Shown: positions 20,213-29,651 of the stretch, in pieces
Numbering within the stretch: position 1 is the first letter of the stretch
Layout of the letters: each line of letters starts with the position of its first letter
NCBI GenBank assembly: GCA_027078545.1
Contig: JALWXN010000004.1
Location: forward strand, 1,056,001 to 1,120,000
DNA: 64,000 bases
Reading direction: 5' to 3'
Source: Nitrososphaeria archaeon
GTDB lineage: Archaea > Thermoproteota > Nitrososphaeria > Geothermarchaeales > JDFR-13
Position numbers and translations under genes: made by a program
Notes under the pieces: model-generated
The model's input: only the letters and a program-made list of their open reading frames with translations
Databases searched by the model: none
Told to the model about the DNA's origin: nothing

Positions 20213-21520
20213 CTAGAGCCTCATCAGGGAGAATAGCCACGCAGGCAGGACCCAGACCTCCATATCGCCATACCTATGAACCTCCATAGTCTCCTTGACT
20301 ACTAGGAAGCCCCAGTCACCACCCAGCCTCTTAAGGGCGTTAGCCACCTTCTTAACATCCCTCTTACTAGCCCTCTTCACATACCTAACCAGTATCGGTA
20401 TATAGCCCTCGCCAGACTCGTATACAAGGACTGCGGAGCCACTCGCCCTCTTCATATACGCCTTCACACCCCTCTCCATGATGATGTGGCTCTCCACCAC
20501 AGCACTCATAAAGACCTCGTCATCCATCATCTCCGGATGGAGAGCCAGTGGATACGCAGGGGTATAGGGATAGATCCTAGGCATCTTACGGCTCTCCTGG
20601 CCACGCCCAACCATATGCCTAATAGTCCTGATCATGAATGCATGCTCAAGGCTCTTGACATAGCTAGTCACGGTCCTGATATCCTTACCAATAGCCTCGG
20701 CCAACTCGTTATAATTCACCTGGATACCGGGCTCGTAGCAGAGCATGGTGAGGAGCTTATCAGCTATCTTAGGCTTCTTCCTCCTACCCGCCCTTGGGAG
20801 GTATTTATAGATCTGGGTATCCATCATCACCTTCAACCAGTTCCTCACACCACTATCATCAACCGATAGGTCGAGCCTCGGGAAGCCACCCCTTATAAGA
20901 TACTTCGTATAGAGGACGTCATAGTCCAGATGCTCTATATAGAAGTCCCTAACCCCATAGACATCCCTCTCCAGGATGGGGGCCTCGAAGTCATGGTACT
21001 CCAGGAACTCCCTGAAGCTCAGCGGGGAGAGCTGGTATACAACGGGCTCTACACCCCAGTCGATCTCCCTATTAGGGAGGTAGCTAGAGACGAGGACCAT
21101 GTGGAGATTCTTGACATCACCCCTAGACATCAACTCCCTGATCACTGTTTGACAGTCAGGCATGAGGAGGAACTCATCTATGAAGACGTAGATCTCCTCA
21201 CCTGTACGTATCTTCTCGAAGAAGTAGTTGATCGCCTCGGAGGGGGAGTAGCCCTCCTGGTCACAGGGGACATGGACCATAGACGTGCCGGGCACAACCC
21301 GGGCCAGCTCATCCATCAAATACTTTAGTAGGGTCGTCTTACCCACGCCTAGCGGGCCATATATGATGACGAGCCTCCTCTCAAGGACATCACGGAGAAT
21401 CTTCTTGAAGACCTCCCTCCTATAGGCTACATGTGTCAATACACTCCTACCCTCCCACTGGACGTTATCCCTCTGGATACCTGAGAGGGACATATCATCC
21501 CTCCTCATCCCAGGAGACAC
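20213..21520 (-). CDS. AAA+ ATPase, COG1373/DUF4143 family
   Basis: GPLGVGKTT, FIDE, LSPLSFREF, RGGFP, winged helix, degenerate C-terminal restriction-endonuclease-like domain. Confidence 0.85.
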   Translation of the reverse strand: MSPGMRRDDMSLSGIQRDNVQWEGRSVLTHVAYRREVFKKILRDVLERRLVIIYGPLGVGKTTLLKYLMDELARVVPGTSMVHVPCDQEGYSPSEAINYFFEKIRTGEEIYVFIDEFLLMPDCQTVIRELMSRGDVKNLHMVLVSSYLPNREIDWGVEPVVYQLSPLSFREFLEYHDFEAPILERDVYGVRDFYIEHLDYDVLYTKYLIRGGFPRLDLSVDDSGVRNWLKVMMDTQIYKYLPRAGRRKKPKIADKLLTMLCYEPGIQVNYNELAEAIGKDIRTVTSYVKSLEHAFMIRTIRHMVGRGQESRKMPRIYPYTPAYPLALHPEMMDDEVFMSAVVESHIIMERGVKAYMKRASGSAVLVYESGEGYIPILVRYVKRASKRDVKKVANALKRLGGDWGFLVVKETMEVHRYGDMEVWVLPAWLFSLMRL

Positions 21521-21601
21521 CCATATCTTGTAAGTCCGCCCCGAGATATAATTTAAAAACGTGGAGAAGCCAAACTAAATACGTCACCCTCCCCCAGGTG
21601 T

Positions 21602-22171
21602 ATGGATATGCCCTACATAGAGGTTGACGACCCCTTCTACAGAGTCCTACACCCCAGACCCGCATACCTAATAGTCAGTGGCAGGGGCGACGACGTCAAT
21701 ATAATGGCGGCCAGCTGGGTAATGCCCATAAGCGAGGAGCCATGGACAGTCGGCCTAGCACTAGACCGTGAGACCTACACCTATGGACTCGTCAAGAAAT
21801 ATGGAGAATTCACTGTAAACGTGGTCACCATAGACGAGGTTGACCTGGTATACTACGTCGGCCACGTCAGTAAATATGAGGTCGACAAGATCAGGGAGAG
21901 GGGGATAGAGCTGGAGCCTTCGAAGGAGGTCGAGACCCCACACTACAAGGGGGCTATAGGATACCTGGAATGTAGGGTAGCAAAGATGATACCAGTGGGC
22001 GAGGTAGACCTAGTCATAGGAGAGGTCCTAGGGGCATATGCAGATAAGGATCTATTCACCCGATACGGCTGGGACCTCAGGAGGACGAAGATACTGATGC
22101 AGAACATTGGGAGGGGCTTCACAACCAACGAGTCCAGGGTCTACTACGCCTCCAAGGGTGGAGAAGGGTGA
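21602..22171 (+). CDS. Flavin reductase-like FMN-binding protein
   Basis: HPRPAYLI, NIMAASW, GEFTVNV, LECRV, GEV. Confidence 0.9.
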   Translation: MDMPYIEVDDPFYRVLHPRPAYLIVSGRGDDVNIMAASWVMPISEEPWTVGLALDRETYTYGLVKKYGEFTVNVVTIDEVDLVYYVGHVSKYEVDKIRERGIELEPSKEVETPHYKGAIGYLECRVAKMIPVGEVDLVIGEVLGAYADKDLFTRYGWDLRRTKILMQNIGRGFTTNESRVYYASKGGEG

Positions 22172-23289
22172 AGTACATAGAGACGATATTCAGCAACGTC
22201 TCCAGCATCCCGGCCGGGGAGATCAACAAGCTACACAGATCCCTACTCGAGGCCGACCTAGTCATACCCTACGGCTCGGGGAGGAGCTACTCATCCCTAA
22301 AGATACCCATGAGCCAATACGCGAAGCTGGACGACGCACCAGTAGTCCTGACACCGGAGGACACAGGCTTCCCAGGGAACGATATGTACGAGGCCCTGGA
22401 GAGGCTTACAAAGAAGTATGGCAGGATAGTCATGATCGTAAACTCTGGGAGCGGGGAGAGCTACGAGCCACTCGTACTGGCGAGGGACTTCGCCAGCTAC
22501 AGGGAGGAGGAGGGGCTAGAGGATAGGCTGGAGCTCTACGTAGTCACCTCTAACCCCCGGAGCAGCCTCGGGAGACTGGGGGAGAGGTATGGAGGGGTTA
22601 TCCACCTCCCCGGGGCTGAGAGGATAGAGATCGACTACCCAACAACGGGGATAATGGGCGACGTATTCGAGCTGGGAAGCCTACTCCTATTCCACACACT
22701 AGTCAGGATGAGGTATGAAGGCGTGGATAGCCATAGATCCATACTAGACACCTACATATCAAGGATAAGGGAGCTGATAGAGGAGCACGTGGAGTCGGAG
22801 GAGTATTCAAGGGTCCTCGACATACTCGAGAGGAGGAGCAACGTCTTCATAGGGGGTAGGGGAAGCGCCTACGAAGTAGCTACCATGCTAGTCATCAGGC
22901 TGAACCACATCAAATACGCTATCGGCGACCATGTATACAGGGCCAGGGGCTCAAACACGCCTAGGCCGAGGAAGGGGGACCTAGGCATACTCATATCATG
23001 CAGCGGCGAGACACCAGCAGTGATAAAATGGGCGGAGGACTTCACAAGGATAGGGATAGACATATTCTCCATAATAGGTAGGAGAGGCTCCACACTGGAG
23101 AGATATACAAAGTACTGCATAGTCCTAACCGAGTGTGAGGGCTACAGGATGGGGATCCCCAGGGACTTCTACCTATACGCATCCTTCCTACTAAGCCCAC
23201 TACCCATAAAGCTGATAACCAGGCTAAAGGAGAGGGGGCTAGTCCTCCCCGAGTCGATACTGAAGTACTACCACAGCATCATGGAGTAG
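22168..23289 (+). CDS. Tandem SIS-domain sugar-phosphate isomerase (6-phospho-3-hexuloisomerase-like)
   Basis: Two repeats: GSGRS...NSGSGES...MGDVFE and GRGSA...ISCSGET. Confidence 0.7.
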   Translation: MKYIETIFSNVSSIPAGEINKLHRSLLEADLVIPYGSGRSYSSLKIPMSQYAKLDDAPVVLTPEDTGFPGNDMYEALERLTKKYGRIVMIVNSGSGESYEPLVLARDFASYREEEGLEDRLELYVVTSNPRSSLGRLGERYGGVIHLPGAERIEIDYPTTGIMGDVFELGSLLLFHTLVRMRYEGVDSHRSILDTYISRIRELIEEHVESEEYSRVLDILERRSNVFIGGRGSAYEVATMLVIRLNHIKYAIGDHVYRARGSNTPRPRKGDLGILISCSGETPAVIKWAEDFTRIGIDIFSIIGRRGSTLERYTKYCIVLTECEGYRMGIPRDFYLYASFLLSPLPIKLITRLKERGLVLPESILKYYHSIME

Positions 23290-23293
23290 CTGG

Positions 23294-23830
23294 CTAGACC
23301 TTCACGACGTTATGCATATGCTTGATCAGGGCCTCAGTCCTCCTCCTATGCATAGGGTCATACGCAACGAAGATCGGCGCCTCCTCCCCGCCGAGGAACG
23401 TATTCCCGATGAAGGTCTTGGCCTTCCTCAGATACCTGAGGAAGTTATCCAGCTCGCTCCCGAGGAGGTATATATAGAGGTCATTAACCACGAGTATATC
23501 CCTATCAGAGCTCATAAAGTCGTTGAAGAACTCCTCCGCAACCCTGACATTCTTCTCGAAGACTCTATTCATCGCGGAGGGATCAGACGAGATGTTCGGG
23601 ACCTGGATCTCCCTCGAATACCTATAGATAGCGTTCTTAAATCCATAGATGAACTTAGAGAGCCTCATCCCAACCCCCTTGGACTGTGGGGCCAGGTCGA
23701 TGATGTATATCCTGTCGTCCAGCCCCCTCCGGATAAGCTCCCTCACAATCTCGGAGGTATACTTAGTCCTCCCACGCCCCGAGTCCGACAGGATGATCGT
23801 GTATCGATCGAGGAGCAGATCCACATTCAT
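23294..23830 (-). CDS. Small P-loop-fold protein with degenerate Walker A
   Basis: TIILSDSGRGRT, IIDLAP, LVVND; resembles small archaeal HerA/DUF87-like proteins. Start placed at ATG 23830. Confidence 0.6.
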   Translation of the reverse strand: MNVDLLLDRYTIILSDSGRGRTKYTSEIVRELIRRGLDDRIYIIDLAPQSKGVGMRLSKFIYGFKNAIYRYSREIQVPNISSDPSAMNRVFEKNVRVAEEFFNDFMSSDRDILVVNDLYIYLLGSELDNFLRYLRKAKTFIGNTFLGGEEAPIFVAYDPMHRRRTEALIKHMHNVVKV

Positions 23831-23954
23831 CTCTATAACATATGAAAATATGTTTCTACGAAAATAAGGTTGGGCCCCCAAAGCGGCCTAGAGATAGGCC
23901 CCAAGATATAGTTGCCATGCCTATCCATTGATTATCCAGGCGGTGTAGGAGGGG

Positions 23955-24581
23955 ATGCTGAGCCAGCTGGTGGACTATATTGTTGATAGGATTGTGGAGC
24001 TGGACTGGATGGCGGTGGCACTGGGAGTCCTTATAGAGACGATAATAGTCCCGATACCAAGCCCATTAATACCCATGGCCGCAGGCTTCGCCCTACTAAG
24101 CAGGGCCGAGGGCATAGGCTTCATAGCAACACTATTCATAAAGATCGGGCTGGTAGGGGCGGCCACAGCCACCCTGGCAAACCTACCCTTCTACTACATC
24201 GGGCTGAAGGGTGGGGAGCCCGTCATGAGGAGGATGTCCCGCTGGATAGGTGTGGACGAGGAGGAGATCGAGAAGGCCGTGAAGCTTATCGGTGGTGGGA
24301 GGCCTACACACCTCATCATCTATAGGGCCCTACCCATAATGCCCCTCTCCCTAGTCTCACTAGCCACCGGTGCGCTACGGAGGAGTACGAGGGAGTTCAC
24401 CCTATACACCTTCACCGGCTGCCTACCGAGATACGTATTCCTAGGATACCTGGGATGGGTGATGCAGGACCTCTACATGGAGATGGCAGACCTACTCGAC
24501 AGCCTAGAGACAGCCACGATAGTCTTAATAATCCTAGCCGCCGGAACATATATTCTCGTGAAGAGGCTCCTGAGGAGGTGA
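23955..24581 (+). CDS. DedA/VTT family membrane protein
   Basis: ETIIVPIPS...AG, YYIG..GG, RALP...LVSLATG. Confidence 0.9.
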   Translation: MLSQLVDYIVDRIVELDWMAVALGVLIETIIVPIPSPLIPMAAGFALLSRAEGIGFIATLFIKIGLVGAATATLANLPFYYIGLKGGEPVMRRMSRWIGVDEEEIEKAVKLIGGGRPTHLIIYRALPIMPLSLVSLATGALRRSTREFTLYTFTGCLPRYVFLGYLGWVMQDLYMEMADLLDSLETATIVLIILAAGTYILVKRLLRR

Positions 24582-24587
24582 AGACGT

Positions 24588-24803
24588 ATGGAGAAGCCCA
24601 GCCCAATAGTCTATAAACCCGGAACAGGCGGATTGAAGACCAGGAAGGGGAGGGGATTCTCCCTAGGCGAGCTTAGAGAGGCCGGTATAGACCTAAACAC
24701 GGCCAAGAAGCTGGGGATATACGTTGATATGAGGAGGAAGAGCATCCATAAAGAGAATGTGGAGGCTCTGAAGAAGTACCTCGAGGAGCTCAAGAGACAA
24801 TAG
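24588..24803 (+). CDS. rpl13e: 50S ribosomal protein L13e
   Basis: [15 protein letters not shown]...[18 protein letters not shown]. Confidence 0.95.
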   Translation: MEKPSPIVYKPGTGGLKTRKGRGFSLGELREAGIDLNTAKKLGIYVDMRRKSIHKENVEALKKYLEELKRQ

Positions 24804-25941
24804 CCTTGGCGAGCTTAAATGCTACTCCGGGAGCCTTCAACAACCTCCTCACAACACCCATCACATCCTCCCCATTAGCAATCTTCACAATGTCGTCCGG
24901 CTCCAAGACATCCGCCAGCTTATTCAGCTCCTCGTCAGACAGCTTCTCCAGGAAGCGCATAGCCTTCAAGCTATAACGTATCTTCTTACCCCACGGATCC
25001 TCATACCTCTCCACCCAGCGGGCTAGGGACGCCTCACTAGTATCCCCCTCGAGGACAGCGTCGGCAGCAGTCTCACCAGCCACGAGGCCCGCCACACCCG
25101 ATGGATGCATACCAGCACCCGTCAGGGGCATGACGGTACCAGCTGCGTCGCCTACAAGTATAAAGCCGTCGCCATAGGGCTTACTGATCATCCCACCTAT
25201 CGGGACCGGCGCACCCCTATAGTCGATCACCTGGGCACCCCCGAGCCAGTCACTATGCTCCTTCACAAACTTATCTAGGTAATACTTCGCACTCCCACCC
25301 CTGACGCCCACACCTACCTCGGCCACCTTATCACTCTTGGGGAAGATCCATGCATAGCCCCTTGGAGCCACCTCGCTCCCAAGGTAGAAATACGCTATGT
25401 CGGGCTCATCCAGCCTAACATTAGCCATGAGGTAGATAAGCGTCGGTATAGGCTCACTCTTCTCCCTGACACCCAGCGACTTAGCCACTACGCTGTGGTA
25501 GCCATCAGCACCTATAACCACCTTCGCCGTATAGACACCATACTTAGTCTTAACCTTCATCACACCATCCACACGGGAGACCGCCTCGACAGGCTCCCTC
25601 ACCCGTATATGGGCCCCATTCTCGGCAGCCTTCAGGGCGAGCTCCTGCAGATACATCGTCTTGTTGATCGAGTACGTCTCGGCGAAGCCTATATCGATAT
25701 ACTTCCCGTTCGGGGCATATACCCTGGGGATAACCTTATGCAGGACTATATAGGGCTTCGGATCAATACCCAGGTCCTTGAAAGTACCTATACTCGTAGC
25801 CTCTCCACAGGGCTTCTTAGCCATGATAGTCTCGTTCTTCTCTATAAGGAGGGTCTTAACACCCTTCTCAGCAGCCTTCATAGCAGCAGGGATACCAGCT
25901 GGCCCAGCACCGACAACGATGACGTCATAATCGGTGGACAT
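24790..25941 (-). CDS. Geranylgeranyl reductase family flavoprotein (digeranylgeranylglycerophospholipid reductase-like)
   Basis: [19 protein letters not shown] (YxWxFP), GDAAG..PLTGAG. Confidence 0.88.
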   Translation of the reverse strand: MSTDYDVIVVGAGPAGIPAAMKAAEKGVKTLLIEKNETIMAKKPCGEATSIGTFKDLGIDPKPYIVLHKVIPRVYAPNGKYIDIGFAETYSINKTMYLQELALKAAENGAHIRVREPVEAVSRVDGVMKVKTKYGVYTAKVVIGADGYHSVVAKSLGVREKSEPIPTLIYLMANVRLDEPDIAYFYLGSEVAPRGYAWIFPKSDKVAEVGVGVRGGSAKYYLDKFVKEHSDWLGGAQVIDYRGAPVPIGGMISKPYGDGFILVGDAAGTVMPLTGAGMHPSGVAGLVAGETAADAVLEGDTSEASLARWVERYEDPWGKKIRYSLKAMRFLEKLSDEELNKLADVLEPDDIVKIANGEDVMGVVRRLLKAPGVAFKLAKAIVS

Positions 25942-26019
25942 AGTATTGATTTTCCCACTACCCAGTATTTTAAGGGGGGAATATTCAGCCCAGCCCCTTA
26001 CATATACATCCTAATACGT

Positions 26020-28392
26020 CTAGCCACCCACCGAGCCAGAGTTCTCAACAACCTGGAGCCTAGACACCTCACCCTCCCTATAAACCTCCACAACACTCTT
26101 AAAGACATCTGACACCCGGATCTCGAAGTCATGGGTTATGACTATCACCTGGCTAAGGAGTCCATTATTGATCAGCTCCTCGATCGTCTCCAAGACAGCA
26201 TTCTTCTTCTCCCTATCCAGATGTGGGAATGCCTCGTCGAAGACCATGAAGTCGAGTGTGTAGGACTTCCCACCCAGCTGGGAGATCAGGCTCCCAAGCC
26301 CCAGTCTAAAGGCTAGGCCGAGGACAGTGACCTCACCCCCACTCAACGTGTTTATCTCCCTCTTCCTATTCCCCTCTAAGACCTCGATCTTCACACCATG
26401 CTCAGTAGTCCTTAGATTAATCCTGAATAGGCTCGACATTCCCTCTAGGAAGATGTTTATCATCCGCTCAAGGCTGGGCACGACAACGTTGTTGACGAAA
26501 TAGTTGGGGAATCCCCTCTCAGCAAATACCTTGTCCAACACCTCCAGGACCTCTATCTCCGAAGTTACTTCCTCGAACCTCCTCCTCTTCTCGACATACT
26601 CGCCATACTTTTTGCGCATCTCATCCACGTCTTTAAGCCTCTCACTAAGAACCCCCATCTCTCTCTGAAGCTCAGCCATCTTCTCCTCAAGACTTTTGAT
26701 ATTATTCTTAATCTCTCTAATCCTCGACCTCCCCTCCTCGATCAGCTTTCCCAGCCCATCTAGCATATCATCCGTGAGGCCGAGTTCATCCATCTTTTTA
26801 TCCAATGTCTCCTTGAGGCTCTCCAGCCTACCCATCTCTTTCCCAAGGTGTCCCAACACCTTCCTAGCCCTCTTAGCCCTAGAGAGCCTCTCCACCAACC
26901 CATTCCTAAAGCTCGTGAGATCCCTATGCAGAGTGGGGCTGATCATGATCCCCAGCCTATCAGCCTCCTTAACAAGCCTCTCCAAGAGTGTCTTTGAAAG
27001 CTCTCCAGGCCTCTCTATCAACCCATCAATATCTACCACACCTATTTCCGAGAGGATGTCTCCATACCCATCCTTGATCGACTTTATACTATTGCCATAC
27101 TCCCCCTCCTTATTGCTGATCGTCTTTTCCAGATTCCTCGCGGTCTTCAGCCTCTTATTCAGGGCCTCATATGTATCTTTAAGCCTTGGGATCCTCTCGT
27201 CGAGCTCCTTTATCTGCTCCATATAGCTATTTATCAAGCTCTCCCTATGCTCCTCAGTTAGCTCCGACCCGCATACTGGACACTTATCACCAGCCTTCCT
27301 AAGCTCCTCCACCCCCTTCTCCAACTGCCTCTTGATAGCCTTCATGGCCGAGATATTCTCTAGGACTTGGGACAGCTCTTCGCTAAGCTCATCTATAGAC
27401 CTTCCATTAGTCACTCTTTCCAGTCTCTCCCTAAGCCTCGTCAGCTCATCACGGATCGACTTGGCCCTCTCAATACTCGATACCAGTGAGATATAGTCAT
27501 CAACCTTCTCCACCAGCATCTCTATATCCTCAATCAGGGTATCTAACTCGTCCAGCACAATGTCTCTATACTCCTCTGGGAGCTCCCTCCTCCTCCCCTC
27601 TATCTGGGTCTCTAAACTCTTCACATTTCTGTAGAGAGCCTCAACATCGCTCATCTTCCTAATCCTATCTTCTAGGTCACTATTCTCCTCTCTAAGCTCC
27701 TCGAGCTGCTTCTCCACATTCTCCAACTCCTTTTCCTTAGACCTCAGCTCAGCCTTGATGGTCTCCTCATACTCCTTTATGGCTTCAAGGGTTACCTCCT
27801 CTATCCCATTGGCGCGGAACCATCCCTTCAACTCATCTATCTTTCTCTGTAGCTCCTCCCTCTCCTCTCCTAGACTCTTGAGATCCTCTGTAACCCTATC
27901 CCTCACCCTGTTGAAGAAGTTTATGTCCAGGATCTCTATGAGGAGGCCCCTCAACTCTCTCTCCTTCATGTATAGGGGATCCTCGGTCCTACCCTGCCTA
28001 ACAATATAGGTCTTTAGGAGCGAATCATAGATATGCCCGGTCAGCTCTTCGAAGCTGGGGGCCTTCCTCGTTGAGCTACCTATAGCCATATTCCCCCTAC
28101 CATTGTCGAAGATGTATACCGACCCATCGTCCGAGACCAGCTCTACTACTGCCTTCGCCTCATACTCTCCACCTAGGTGGTATCTACTCGCCAGCCTCTT
28201 TACACCCGACTCCCTTCCATACGCCTTTCTCATAGCCCCATAGGTGAGGGCGTCTACGAAGAACGTAGTCTTACCCGCCCCGTTATGCCCAAGAACTAGT
28301 ATCGGCTGGCCTAGGCCATCGATATCCAGCTCCTCTAAGGTATATAGTCCGAAGTTCTCGACCCGTATCCTACCAAGCCTGAGCTTAGACAC
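26020..28392 (-). CDS. rad50: Rad50/SbcC-type SMC ATPase
   Basis: Walker A GHNGAGKTT, Q-loop, long coiled coils, central CPVCG zinc hook, LSGGE signature, Walker B/D-loop VFDEAFPHLD, ITHD. Confidence 0.9.
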   Translation of the reverse strand: MSKLRLGRIRVENFGLYTLEELDIDGLGQPILVLGHNGAGKTTFFVDALTYGAMRKAYGRESGVKRLASRYHLGGEYEAKAVVELVSDDGSVYIFDNGRGNMAIGSSTRKAPSFEELTGHIYDSLLKTYIVRQGRTEDPLYMKERELRGLLIEILDINFFNRVRDRVTEDLKSLGEEREELQRKIDELKGWFRANGIEEVTLEAIKEYEETIKAELRSKEKELENVEKQLEELREENSDLEDRIRKMSDVEALYRNVKSLETQIEGRRRELPEEYRDIVLDELDTLIEDIEMLVEKVDDYISLVSSIERAKSIRDELTRLRERLERVTNGRSIDELSEELSQVLENISAMKAIKRQLEKGVEELRKAGDKCPVCGSELTEEHRESLINSYMEQIKELDERIPRLKDTYEALNKRLKTARNLEKTISNKEGEYGNSIKSIKDGYGDILSEIGVVDIDGLIERPGELSKTLLERLVKEADRLGIMISPTLHRDLTSFRNGLVERLSRAKRARKVLGHLGKEMGRLESLKETLDKKMDELGLTDDMLDGLGKLIEEGRSRIREIKNNIKSLEEKMAELQREMGVLSERLKDVDEMRKKYGEYVEKRRRFEEVTSEIEVLEVLDKVFAERGFPNYFVNNVVVPSLERMINIFLEGMSSLFRINLRTTEHGVKIEVLEGNRKREINTLSGGEVTVLGLAFRLGLGSLISQLGGKSYTLDFMVFDEAFPHLDREKKNAVLETIEELINNGLLSQVIVITHDFEIRVSDVFKSVVEVYREGEVSRLQVVENSGSVGG

Positions 28393-29651
28393 TACCTCCT
28401 CCCCTCCTCCAAATATTTAAGGGCGGCCTCGACCACCCTCCTCCTAAAACCTTCATCCCTATTCCCTAGGAGACCCTCAATATATCTCTTGAGTGCCTCC
28501 TCTATACTCTCGATGGTGGTTTCTCCACTCCTCTCCACTGCCTTGCTACCCATGAATCTCGACCTTATCTTCAGTGCCCAGCCGCCACCCTCTGTCAGGA
28601 GGTCCCTAAGCTCCTTCCTGACCTCGTCTATCCACTCTAGGAGGTCGGGTTTCCAGTAGGATAGGTGTAGACTCACCATTGCTCCCTCCAGCTTATCGAT
28701 CCCTTTCACCACATTATCCACAACCTCTTGTGGGCTGGAGTACTCGTCGAGCTCCATCCTGAAGATGTACATATTCATGGTATCTACTGGTACCTTCTCA
28801 ACCCTTGGGCTACCCCCGGTGAGCTCCACGTCTAGGAAGACCTTCTCGTCACCAGCCTCGGAGAATCTTAGCTTGTTCAGACTCCCCGAGTAGTATGCGG
28901 GGTACTCACCAATCCTCTGGGTTACATGGATATGCCCCAGAGCTGCATAGTCAAATTCTCCAAGCCTCAGATCCCTGGTGTATATCTCCGGGATGATCTT
29001 GACACCCGGATCCATAGCCTCAACCTCCACCTTCCCAAACAGTCTCGTGAATCTCACCCTGTCCACCTGTACATGTCCAAGGAGGATCTTGTACCTCCCC
29101 TTGGCACTCCTGAGCTGGCGCTCCAGGTATTGATAGGTGTCCTTCCTCCAATCCGTGTCTTGATCCTTGTAGGGTACTACGTAGGGGAGGGGTATTATCG
29201 AGGCGTCCCCGTGCTCAATACCGACGAAGTCCTCGCTGTAGAACCTCTCGGGATCCGGATACACGTCGAAGTAGCGTATGTGGTCGGATATCCTCCTGGT
29301 GAAGATGGCTAGGCTTGACCTGGAGACCTCCCTAGTAGCCACGTCATGGTTCCCTGCCACGATATACACATTTATCCTGTTATCGACAGCCCTCTCCAAG
29401 AACTCCGCTAGGCGGCGTTGGTAGATAAGGCTAGTCCTAACATCATCGAAGACATCCCCAGCTATGAGTATAACGTCTATACCCCTCTCCACAGCATAGT
29501 CCAACGCCCTATCCATGTTTGAGAGTGTCACATCATTTATCCTCCTCATCAAGCCCTCCACGCCACCCTGGATATTAGGGAGTATCTCTACCCCCCTATG
29601 GGTGAAGCCCAGGTGTAGATCCGCCATATGTAGGAACCTCATACCCACCAC
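28392..29651 (-). CDS. mre11: Mre11/SbcD metallophosphoesterase nuclease
   Basis: DLHLG, AGDVFD, AGNHD, GH, ALGHIH, YSGS. Confidence 0.92.
   Translation of the reverse strand: MVGMRFLHMADLHLGFTHRGVEILPNIQGGVEGLMRRINDVTLSNMDRALDYAVERGIDVILIAGDVFDDVRTSLIYQRRLAEFLERAVDNRINVYIVAGNHDVATREVSRSSLAIFTRRISDHIRYFDVYPDPERFYSEDFVGIEHGDASIIPLPYVVPYKDQDTDWRKDTYQYLERQLRSAKGRYKILLGHVQVDRVRFTRLFGKVEVEAMDPGVKIIPEIYTRDLRLGEFDYAALGHIHVTQRIGEYPAYYSGSLNKLRFSEAGDEKVFLDVELTGGSPRVEKVPVDTMNMYIFRMELDEYSSPQEVVDNVVKGIDKLEGAMVSLHLSYWKPDLLEWIDEVRKELRDLLTEGGGWALKIRSRFMGSKAVERSGETTIESIEEALKRYIEGLLGNRDEGFRRRVVEAALKYLEEGRR

Noticed and set aside
26696-28009. Long Ser/Leu-rich plus-strand ORFs inside rad50, and similar antisense ORFs throughout the window
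   Set aside because: These are shadow ORFs produced by the biased codon usage of real genes on the opposite strand.
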